This document shows, piece after piece, positions 1 through 8,158 of a DNA stretch of 64,000 nucleotides. Position numbers and translations under genes: made by a program. The notes beneath the pieces were generated by a model, which did not search any database, had not been told where the DNA came from, and worked only from the letters and a program-made list of their open reading frames with translations. The DNA is taken from positions 1 to 64,000 of the forward strand of contig JANNVX010000015.1 in NCBI GenBank assembly GCA_031414595.1. Reading direction: 5' to 3'. Each line of letters opens with the position of its first letter. Position 1 is the stretch's first letter. This DNA comes from Deinococcales bacterium. Lineage in GTDB: Bacteria; Deinococcota; Deinococci; Deinococcales; JAAFIG01.

Positions 1-76
1 AGGACAGACACAGGGGTCTGTCCCTACAAAATCCATAAAAATACGTCAGGTAGGGGCGGACCCCCGTGTCCGCCCT
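1..76. repeat. GTAG-family REP doublet (REPIN-like)
   Basis: Two outward-facing palindromic units: GTAGGGACAGACCCCTGTGTCTGTCCT (minus, 1-27) and GTAGGGGCGGACCCCCGTGTCCGCCCT (plus, 50-76). A near-identical inverted copy lies at 54980-55057. Confidence 0.85.
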
Positions 77-176
77 GTGACCAATTGTCTGTTTTTGGTC
101 TATTTGAAATCAGGAAGTTATTCTTGGACAGTTCCTTAGCGGTTGAGAATTGCGGTACATAAACTTTTGACATAAA

Positions 177-207
177 AATTAACTTGTCTCAAGTAGACAA
201 GTTAATT
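177..207 (-). terminator. 13-bp stem hairpin, possible terminator downstream of the DUF892 remnant
   Basis: AATTAACTTGTCT-caagt-AGACAAGTTAATT, followed by a T-run on the minus strand. Confidence 0.45.
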
Positions 208-220
208 GACTGCATTTATT

Positions 221-445
221 TTACTGCATTGCGGCTGGGTTGATAACCTGCTCGGCAAGGACGGTTAGCTTTTGGTCGGTATCGCCTTCTTCTTGGGCAA
301 TTCGGTGCAGGGTCTCTGCCCCTTTTTTGTCACCTAGTCGCTTGGCATAAGCACAGACTGTTCCATAACCAGCGATTTCATAATGCTCAACGGCAATTAA
401 GTCAGCATCCTTTACATCTCGGTCGGCTTTTTCTTTATTAAAGTT
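221..445 (-). pseudogene. 3' remnant of a ferritin-like DUF892 (YciE/YciF family) gene
   Basis: Manual translation gives KEKADRDVKDADLIAVEHYEIAGYGTVCAYAKRLGDKKGAETLHRIAQEEGDTDQKLTVLAEQVINPAAMQ*. It contains the EHYEIAxYG hallmark, has an in-frame TAA upstream and no start codon. Not in the ORF track. Confidence 0.8.
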
Positions 446-485
446 TTAGAGTTTTTTTGCTAAAACTTTACATGAGGTGTAGAGT
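439..485 (+). promoter_or_regulatory. Sigma70-type promoter overlapped by an 11-bp inverted repeat
   Basis: TTGCTA (457-462), 17-nt spacer, TAGAGT (480-485). Inverted repeat TAAAGTTTTAG (439-449) / CTAAAACTTTA (460-470). Confidence 0.55.
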
Positions 486-511
486 GTAACCATGAGCTTT
501 TCTGGAAGATT

Positions 512-874
512 GTGAATCAATACCGCATTTTGGTGATTGATGACGAACCCAGAATGCGAAGTCTGATGCAGCGTGGACTTGGTTTAGCTGGTTTTGTGGT
601 CGAAATCGCAGAAACTGGCGAAATAGGCTTAAAAATTGCCCTCGAAACCCGACCAGATTTAATTTTACTTGACCTGATGATGCCGGGTACATTCGATGGT
701 TTTGCTACCTTAGAGCATTTATTAAAACTCGAGCCTCGCCCAAAAGTGGTTGTGGTTTCTGGCAGAGACGAACCAGAAGACAGGCAAAGAGCCAAGATAG
801 CCGATGGATTTTTGGTCAAACCTGTGACATTTGATTTCTTAATAGAAACGATTTATACACTTATTCGGGCGTGA
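512..874 (+). CDS. Single-domain response regulator (receiver only)
   Basis: ILVIDDE, PDLILLDLMMP, VSG and KP receiver motifs; no output domain. Confidence 0.9.
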   Translation: MNQYRILVIDDEPRMRSLMQRGLGLAGFVVEIAETGEIGLKIALETRPDLILLDLMMPGTFDGFATLEHLLKLEPRPKVVVVSGRDEPEDRQRAKIADGFLVKPVTFDFLIETIYTLIRA

Positions 875-3800
875 ACAACCACAAAACCCATTCATCACAA
901 GCATCGCTCAAGGCTAGAAAAGCCAGAGTCGCAAGGAGTAGCGTGGTTAAGCAAAAACCAAAAGAATTACCCGTGGTGGTTGGGATTGGCGCTTCGGCTG
1001 GCGGTCTCGAGGCATTCTCGAAGTTGCTAAAGGCGCTGCCGTCAGACACGGGCATGGCTTTTGTTTTGCTGCAACACCTCGAGCGTAGCCATGACAGCCT
1101 ACTGAGCGAATTACTAGCCCGTACCACCAGTATGCAGGTTCTCGAGATTACAGACGGCAGCAGCCTGACCGCCAATTGTGTCTGTGTGATTCCGCCCAAT
1201 GTCAGTGTGGTGATTAAAGGCGGTGTTTTGCGGCTCTTAAAGCGCCCAGCCGGGCGGGAACTGCATCAGCCAATCAATGAATTTTTTAGCTCCTTGTCCG
1301 AAGCCCGCCAGCATCAGGCAATCGGCGTGGTTTTATCGGGTACAGCTTCGGATGGCACAGTCGGCTTAGAAGCAATTAAAGCCGCCGGCGGAATTACCTT
1401 TGCCCAGCGTCCAGAGTCGGCACGTTCAGCTTCCATGCCGCGCAGTGCAATTGCGGCGGGGGTGGTGGACTTTGTGCTGTCGCCCGAAGAGATTGCTGGC
1501 AAATTAAGCAGCTTGGCAAAAGACCCGTATTTAGGACAAGCAAAGCCCAAAACTCGAGCCAGCACCAAACCAGCTAACGAAGACAGCTTTGAAGGTATTT
1601 TTCATCTGCTGCACGATGCCCGAGGCGTGGATTTTTCCTTGTACCGCTCGACCACTATTCGGCGGCGGATTGCACGGCGGATGCTGCTTGACTCGATGAC
1701 CTCGACCAAAAATTACGCCCAATACCTGCGCGACCAACCAGTGGCGCTCGAGTTGCTGTACCAAGATTTATTGATTGGTGTGACCAGTTTTTTCCGCGAT
1801 GCACACGTTTTTGAGTGCTTACAAAAAAAAGTTTTTCCCGAACTGATTAAAGACCGAGCCACCGACGATGTGCTGCGAATCTGGGTCAGTGGCTGTTCGA
1901 CTGGACAAGAAGCCTATTCGTTGGGCATGGCATTTTTAGAATTTACGGCACAACATAAAATCAATCTGCCTTTGCAAATTTTTGCCACCGACTTAAACGC
2001 CCCAATGCTCGAGAAAGCCCGAGTAGGTTGGTACTCGAACACCAGTCTGGAAAATGTTTCGCCAGAACGCCTAAAACGTTTTTTTAGCCAAGAAAAAGAC
2101 GGTTGGCGCATCAGCGAAGCGGTGCGTAGTCAGGTTATTTTCTCGAGACAGAATGTTTTTGCCGACCCACCTTTTTCACGCATGGATTTGGTCAGTTGCC
2201 GCAATTTGCTGATTTACCTCGAGCCAGCCCTACAAAGCCGTGTGATTCCAACTTTTCATTATGCCCTAAAACCACACGGGGTGCTGTTGCTTGGTGCTTC
2301 GGAAACCGTCGGGCGCTTTGCCGATTTATTTACGGTCTTGGATACCCGATGTCGGTTTTATACCAAGCGTGCGGTTAGTTCTCGGATTCCAAAACCCGAG
2401 GGGCGAATGGTCAAAGTGCTGTCTAGTAAACAAGAACCCAGCGCTTTAGCGGTTAGCACCACCAACCTACAGACAGGGCGCGAAGTGGACCGATTATTGC
2501 TTTTGCGCTATGCCCCAAGCAGTGTCGTGGTCAATGATGCGCTCGAAGTGGTGCAGTTTCGTGGCTCGACCAGTCAATTCTTAGAAGCCCCGAGCGGCAA
2601 AGCCACTTTTAACCTCTTAAAGATGGCTCGAGAAGGCTTAATGTTGCCGTTGCGCCGTTTGACCGAACAAGCCCGCCAAGAAAATCGGGTCGTGCGCCAC
2701 GAAAACATCAGCTATCCGTACAATGGGCAACTGTGCAGCATCAATCTCGAGGTACAGCCGCTAAAACAACCCGGTTGTCTGTTGGTGCTGTTCGAGGTTT
2801 TGCCAGCCTTGCCAGAAATACCGCAAACCGACCCCCAGCCGCCAACCCAAAGCCGCCAAATCGAAGACCTAAACCGCGAACTCTTAGATTCACGCGAATA
2901 CCTGCGTTTTATCCAGCGCCAAAACGAAGACGAAAGCGAACAATTCCAAGCCACCAATGCCGAAATGCAATCCTCGAGCGAAGAACTCCAAAGCCTGAAC
3001 GAAGAACTCGAGACCGCCAAAGAAGAACTCGAGTCCACCAACGAAGAAATGCAGACTCTAAACGAAGAACTGACCACCCGCAACAGCGAATTGGGGCGCT
3101 TAAATACCGTCTTGACCAATTTTCAAGCCAGTGCCGAACTGGCAATTGTGGCGGTCAGTTTGGACTTGGCGGTGCAACGTTTTACCCCACAAGCCGAAAG
3201 CACCTTGGGACTGCGTGGCAGCGACCTTGGGCAGCCGGTCAGTCGGCTGAGTCATCTGTTAAACTTGCCCAATTTAGAAGAACTTGTTTTAGCAGTGATT
3301 AAGCAGCACCAAGCAACCGACCATGAAATCCGCGACCGCGATGGGCGCTGGTTTTTATTGCGGGTTCGTCCCTATTACAGCCTCGAAAACCAAATAGATG
3401 GCGCAGTGCTGGTGTTGTTCGAGATGGATGCCTTAAAACGAGCCGAACTCGAGCGCGAGCGTTTACAACGCCAGACCGAAACGGTTTTTGAAAGCCTAGC
3501 TGATGGCTTGCTTGCCCTAGATTTTGACTGGAATATTACGTACATCAATGCCAGTGGCGCTCGTTTGACGCAGCAATCGGTACAAAGTATGTTGGGACGC
3601 AACCATTGGGAAGTTTTCCCGGAAGGTGTTGGTACAGTCTTTGAAACGGGCTACAAAAAAGCCATGAGCGAACGGGTTGCGGTAGACCTCGAGGCATATT
3701 ACCCAGCCCTGTCCGCCCACTTTGAGGTTCGGGTCGTGCCAGTCGAAAACGGCATCACGGTCTTTTTTCGTGATGTCACCGCAAGACACAACACCGAAAT

Positions 3801-4515
3801 TTTGGTTGCCGAAACCAAAGAAAAACTGCGCGTGCTGGCTGTAAGCCAACAGCGTTTTTTAGCCGATGCCGCCCACGAGTTACGCGCTCCATTGGCGGTT
3901 ATTCAGGGCAATCTCGAGGTCTTAGAACGCTTCCCAAATATGCCCAGCCAAGACCGCCAAGAAGCCATCAGTGACAGCGCCCGTGAAGCCACCCGCTTGG
4001 CAAACCTCGCCAACGATTTACTGGCGTTAGCCCGAGGCGATGCTGGCGACGGTCTACGGCTCGAGCCACTTGAATTATCAGTGCTGGTTTCAGAAACCTT
4101 AAAAGGGGCAACCCACTTGGATGTTCAAAATCAACTCGAACTGGGTACAATCGAGTCGGCTTTGGTGCTTGGCGATGCCAATAAACTCAAGCAATTGGTG
4201 CTGATTCTGCTCGACAACGCCATGAAATACTCGCCCGAAGGTGGCAAGGTCAGCTTGAGTTTGCAACACCAGACCGACCACGCCGAATTGCGGGTTTCGG
4301 ATAGTGGTCAAGGCATTGCCCCCGAAGAACTCGAGCGGGTTTTTGAACGTTTTTACCGCACCGATACTTCGCGTTCACGCCAGACGGGTGGTACAGGGCT
4401 TGGCTTACCAATTGCTCGCTGGATTGCCGAACAGCACCACGCCAAACTTTGGCTCGAGAGTTCGGTTGGGGTTGGCACGACGGCGGTGTTGCGCTTACCG
4501 CTTATGCCAGAATAA
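871..4515 (+). CDS. CheB methylesterase-CheR methyltransferase-coiled coil-PAS-PAS-histidine kinase fusion
   Basis: CheB motifs GASAGG, QHL, SGTASDG; CheR motifs GVTSFFRD, RIWVSGCSTGQEAYS, SCRNLLIY; H-box AAHELRAPL; N/G boxes DNAMKY, DSGQG, GGTGLGL. Confidence 0.93.
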   Translation: MNNHKTHSSQASLKARKARVARSSVVKQKPKELPVVVGIGASAGGLEAFSKLLKALPSDTGMAFVLLQHLERSHDSLLSELLARTTSMQVLEITDGSSLTANCVCVIPPNVSVVIKGGVLRLLKRPAGRELHQPINEFFSSLSEARQHQAIGVVLSGTASDGTVGLEAIKAAGGITFAQRPESARSASMPRSAIAAGVVDFVLSPEEIAGKLSSLAKDPYLGQAKPKTRASTKPANEDSFEGIFHLLHDARGVDFSLYRSTTIRRRIARRMLLDSMTSTKNYAQYLRDQPVALELLYQDLLIGVTSFFRDAHVFECLQKKVFPELIKDRATDDVLRIWVSGCSTGQEAYSLGMAFLEFTAQHKINLPLQIFATDLNAPMLEKARVGWYSNTSLENVSPERLKRFFSQEKDGWRISEAVRSQVIFSRQNVFADPPFSRMDLVSCRNLLIYLEPALQSRVIPTFHYALKPHGVLLLGASETVGRFADLFTVLDTRCRFYTKRAVSSRIPKPEGRMVKVLSSKQEPSALAVSTTNLQTGREVDRLLLLRYAPSSVVVNDALEVVQFRGSTSQFLEAPSGKATFNLLKMAREGLMLPLRRLTEQARQENRVVRHENISYPYNGQLCSINLEVQPLKQPGCLLVLFEVLPALPEIPQTDPQPPTQSRQIEDLNRELLDSREYLRFIQRQNEDESEQFQATNAEMQSSSEELQSLNEELETAKEELESTNEEMQTLNEELTTRNSELGRLNTVLTNFQASAELAIVAVSLDLAVQRFTPQAESTLGLRGSDLGQPVSRLSHLLNLPNLEELVLAVIKQHQATDHEIRDRDGRWFLLRVRPYYSLENQIDGAVLVLFEMDALKRAELERERLQRQTETVFESLADGLLALDFDWNITYINASGARLTQQSVQSMLGRNHWEVFPEGVGTVFETGYKKAMSERVAVDLEAYYPALSAHFEVRVVPVENGITVFFRDVTARHNTEILVAETKEKLRVLAVSQQRFLADAAHELRAPLAVIQGNLEVLERFPNMPSQDRQEAISDSAREATRLANLANDLLALARGDAGDGLRLEPLELSVLVSETLKGATHLDVQNQLELGTIESALVLGDANKLKQLVLILLDNAMKYSPEGGKVSLSLQHQTDHAELRVSDSGQGIAPEELERVFERFYRTDTSRSRQTGGTGLGLPIARWIAEQHHAKLWLESSVGVGTTAVLRLPLMPE

Positions 4516-4876
4516 GTTTACTTGGTAAAAAAGTTTTTATCTTCTCGAGCAGCAAAATAAACTCTATCGGCTTATGAAAATAATCAGTTGCCCCTAGCGC
4601 CATGCCTTCTTCTGCCAAACCATCTCGACCAGTCATAAAAACAATCGGAATAATACTGCCAGCCTTGCGAATTTGCCGCAGGGCTTCTGGACCATCCATA
4701 CCGGGCATCATCCAGTCAAGAATAATCAGGTCTGGTTTAGCAATTCGGGTCAGTTCGACAGCCGTAACGCCAGAATCTGCCTCGAGGACATCGTAGCCTT
4801 CTAAGCTCAGTCCACGTCGCAAAAAACTGCGAATCCGTGGTTCATCGTCGGCAACCAGAATACGAAACTCAGGCAA
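4502..4876 (-). CDS. Single-domain response regulator (receiver only)
   Basis: ILVADDE, DLIILDWMMPGMDG, MTG and KP motifs; TTG start; convergent with and overlapping the kinase stop. Confidence 0.88.
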   Translation of the reverse strand: MPEFRILVADDEPRIRSFLRRGLSLEGYDVLEADSGVTAVELTRIAKPDLIILDWMMPGMDGPEALRQIRKAGSIIPIVFMTGRDGLAEEGMALGATDYFHKPIEFILLLEKIKTFLPSKLILA

Positions 4877-5046
4877 GAGCGCAACAACTTTTTTTGGTGA
4901 AACAGTAACTCATACCACAGAGTCTACAATCACTAACTGATTCTAAGCTGAAGAAACTGCCTCTTTCCTCCTAGACGAATGACCCACTTAGAGCTTAAAT
5001 TTGTGGGTCGTGGGCTACTCGAGAAAAATCTAGGCAGGTATTCAGT

Positions 5047-5748
5047 TTAGCGCTTAAAAATCTCGAGTCCGTTTAATCCAGCAATAATTGCCATATCGGC
5101 ATAACCGACAAATAAACCAGTACCGACCACACCGGGGATATGGCGCATTCGCGCATCGAGTTCCCTAGGCTCGAGAATTTCTCTAAATTTGCAGTCGGCA
5201 ATAAAATTATGATTGTCCGACAGCACTGCTTGTCCATCCCGCATTCTTAAACGCACTTGGACTTGCGGCGCAATATCTGCTAGTTTAACCATCGTGGCTC
5301 GAGAACCCCACTGCATAATCTCGACCGGTACAGCCCATTTATAACCAAGGTACGGCACAAGTTTGCTGTGGTCTGCTACGACGATAAAACGTTTGGCATT
5401 AAACTCGACCAGTTTTTCGCGCACCAACGCCCCGCCGCCGCCCTTAATTAACTCTAAATTTGGGTCTATTTCATCTGCGCCGTCTATCGCAAGGTCTACC
5501 CCTGCTGCCGAAAGTTCCATAAGGGGAATACCGCACTCGAGCGCCAGTTTTTCTGACTCGAGACTGGTGGCAACCCCAATAATATCGGCTAAATGCCCAG
5601 CTTTTAAGCGCCGTCCCAACTCGAGAATCGCGTGTTTAGCGGTGCTGCCCGTGCCTAAGCCGACCGTCATGCCAGTTTCTATGTAGTCAACAGCCTTTAT
5701 TCCAGCTTGTTCTTTTAGTCTTTCCAAAAATCCAGTCTCGGGATTCAT
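5047..5748 (-). CDS. rpiA: Ribose-5-phosphate isomerase A
   Basis: GLGTGST, DGADE and KGGGGAL-REK motifs. Confidence 0.96.
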   Translation of the reverse strand: MNPETGFLERLKEQAGIKAVDYIETGMTVGLGTGSTAKHAILELGRRLKAGHLADIIGVATSLESEKLALECGIPLMELSAAGVDLAIDGADEIDPNLELIKGGGGALVREKLVEFNAKRFIVVADHSKLVPYLGYKWAVPVEIMQWGSRATMVKLADIAPQVQVRLRMRDGQAVLSDNHNFIADCKFREILEPRELDARMRHIPGVVGTGLFVGYADMAIIAGLNGLEIFKR

Positions 5749-6200
5749 GCTTGCTGTGCCTCTCGCAATACTTTTTCAACTTCCTGGGCGTGGGTTTCGG
5801 TTTGAACTTTTTTCCAAGTCTTAACAATTTCGCCGTCCGGATTGATTAAAAAGGTATAGCGCAAAATGCCTGTAAAGATTTTGCCGTACATGTTTTTTTC
5901 GCCATAAGCCCCATAACTTTTGGCAAGCTCAGCATTGGCATCGGCAAGAAGCGGAAAGTTTAATTCGTACTTCTTGGCAAATTTGCCGTGGCTGTCCACA
6001 TCATCGGCACTGACTCCTAGCACGGTTGCACCAAGGGCTTGGAGATTCCCCAAGCCATCGCGGAAAGAACAGGCTTCTTTGGTACACCCCGGAGTGTCAT
6101 CCTTGGGATAGAAGTACAGCACCAGCCAATGTCCTTGGTACTGGCTTAAGGTGTGCAGGGTGTTGTTTTGGTCGGGTAAGTTGAAGTTTGGGGCTTTCAT
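5745..6200 (-). CDS. bcp: Thioredoxin-dependent peroxiredoxin (BCP/PrxQ)
   Basis: FYPKDDTPGCTKEAC motif. Start moved to ATG 6200, which lies 7 nt after TACAAT. Confidence 0.93.
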   Translation of the reverse strand: MKAPNFNLPDQNNTLHTLSQYQGHWLVLYFYPKDDTPGCTKEACSFRDGLGNLQALGATVLGVSADDVDSHGKFAKKYELNFPLLADANAELAKSYGAYGEKNMYGKIFTGILRYTFLINPDGEIVKTWKKVQTETHAQEVEKVLREAQQA

Positions 6201-6243
6201 GGTTTGTATTGTACCGCGAAGCCACAGATACGAACGTCCGTAA

Positions 6244-6642
6244 TCACTGGGCGCTCTCGAGGTCTGGACGCAGCACCGTTGAACCACGCAAATAAATATG
6301 TTTAATTTCACGTTGGGCTTTGGTGGTGTTAATGTGCATCATCACTCGGATGGCTCGCGCTAAACGGTTGGGTACGTCAATCTCGAGGGCGTTTAAGAGT
6401 GGCACAAATTTCATACCCAGTCCGTTGCGGGCTGCTTCGGCTGGAAAAGCGGCGTTTAGGTCGTGTGTTACAGTAAAAATAATGCTGCACACTTCTTCTA
6501 GTTCTTCCAGTGTTGGGGTGTTGGCATTTTGACAGATGTTATTTGCACCAAGCATTTCGACCAGTAATTCTTTGGTTGCTGCAAAAATAGCTTCTGAACT
6601 GTTTTCTTTGACGGTGGTTGCGCCGCGTACACCTCGTATCAT
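6244..6642 (-). CDS. aroH: Chorismate mutase, AroH class
   Basis: RGVRGAT, FTVTHDLNAAFPA and HIYLRG-LRPDL motifs. Confidence 0.93.
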   Translation of the reverse strand: MIRGVRGATTVKENSSEAIFAATKELLVEMLGANNICQNANTPTLEELEEVCSIIFTVTHDLNAAFPAEAARNGLGMKFVPLLNALEIDVPNRLARAIRVMMHINTTKAQREIKHIYLRGSTVLRPDLESAQ

Positions 6643-6674
6643 GGTGCTGAGTCTAACATGTCACTTGTGGTCAT

Positions 6675-8147
6675 TCAAATCATCGAGCGGGTGGCAGCAA
6701 ATCCTTTTTTATATTGGGCAAAAGCAGCTTCTAAACTCGAGTCATGAACAATATTGATTGGCGTAGAACTTGGCGCGGTGGCTTCCAGCGCACTGGCTAC
6801 ACTGGGGTACACCCCAGCCCCGACCAAGCCAAGAATGGCAGCGCCCCGAGCGGGTCCTTCCTCAAGGGCGGGTTTCTCGAGTGGCACACCAAGCGCATTG
6901 CCAATAATGCCAAGCCAAAGGTTAGAGCGTGTACCGCCACCAACTGACAGGAGTTTTTCAGCTTTAGCAATTGGGTTCATCACCTCTAAGGTTTCACGCA
7001 GACTAAAAGCGACCCCTTCAAGAATAGCGCGGGTCATGTGTCCTCGAGTGTGGGCGAGGCTTAAGCCTAACCATGCACCACGCAGGTCTGGGTTTAAGTG
7101 GGGGCTGCGTTCTCCAGCCAAATAGGGCATAAAGGTCACGCCGTCCGAGCCGCTAGGCACATTGGCAGCTTCCTGCATCAATTCATCAAATGGAACATTC
7201 TTGGCAAGGGTGTCTCTGAACCACTGCAAGCTCCCAGCCGCACTGAGGGTACAACCCAAGAAAAAGTATCCACCGTCGGCGTGGCAAAATAAATGAACCC
7301 GTCCGTTGGGTTCAGAAATCGGTTGCTCGAGCGGCACAACAATCACACCGCTTGTACCAAGGCTAACACTGCCTAAGCCCGGTTTTTTGCTCGAGACCCC
7401 TAAACCGATTTGTGCGCCAGCGTTGTCGCCAGCCCCAGCCACTACAGGAATTGCAAGCGGCAGTCCAGTGGCTTGCGCCCAAGTGCTGGTCAGTTGCCCA
7501 ACCACACTATGTGAGGCTTGAATGTTTGGAAAGAGGCTCGAGTCTAGTTTTAAGGCGTTAAGAATATCGCTGTCCCACTCGAGTTTGGCAAGGTTGAGTG
7601 CGCCAACCCCACTGGCATCCGAGGGGTCAGAAGCGATTTGACCAGTTAAAGCAAAATTGAGGTAATCTTTGGGCAGTAAAACATGGCGTACTTTGGCGTA
7701 ATGTTCGGGTTCATTGGTGCGTAACCAAAGCAGTTTAGGCAGTTGAAAACCTGTCACGGCAGGATTGCCCGTGCGTTGAATCAGTTCTGAACGCCCAATG
7801 GCAGCTTCGATTTCTTGGCAAGCCGCACTGGTGCGTTGGTCGTTCCAAAGTGGAGCGGGACGAATCACCTTCAGGCTCGAGTCTAGAAATACCGCGCCGT
7901 GCATTTGTCCAGCCACACCAATCGCAATAGGGGTGTACTTGTTCTCGAGTTGGCTTGTCAGGGCTTTTAGGGCAGTTCTAACCCCTTCTAACCAATCGCT
8001 GGGGTGTTGTTCAGTCCAGCCGGGATGGGGGGTCAAGAGGGGGTACGTGGCGCTGCTTTCGGCAACCCTTACGCCTTGGGTGGTGACGGCAATAATTTTT
8101 ACCCCACTTGTGCCTAAGTCTATGCCTATTGAAACGGGTTCGGACAT
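6675..8147 (-). CDS. xylB: Xylulokinase
   Basis: FGGY motifs IDLGTSGVK, GQMHG, LWNDQR, GAGDNA and PYLAGERSP. Confidence 0.92.
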   Translation of the reverse strand: MSEPVSIGIDLGTSGVKIIAVTTQGVRVAESSATYPLLTPHPGWTEQHPSDWLEGVRTALKALTSQLENKYTPIAIGVAGQMHGAVFLDSSLKVIRPAPLWNDQRTSAACQEIEAAIGRSELIQRTGNPAVTGFQLPKLLWLRTNEPEHYAKVRHVLLPKDYLNFALTGQIASDPSDASGVGALNLAKLEWDSDILNALKLDSSLFPNIQASHSVVGQLTSTWAQATGLPLAIPVVAGAGDNAGAQIGLGVSSKKPGLGSVSLGTSGVIVVPLEQPISEPNGRVHLFCHADGGYFFLGCTLSAAGSLQWFRDTLAKNVPFDELMQEAANVPSGSDGVTFMPYLAGERSPHLNPDLRGAWLGLSLAHTRGHMTRAILEGVAFSLRETLEVMNPIAKAEKLLSVGGGTRSNLWLGIIGNALGVPLEKPALEEGPARGAAILGLVGAGVYPSVASALEATAPSSTPINIVHDSSLEAAFAQYKKGFAATRSMI

Positions 8148-8158
8148 GGTTTCCTTTC

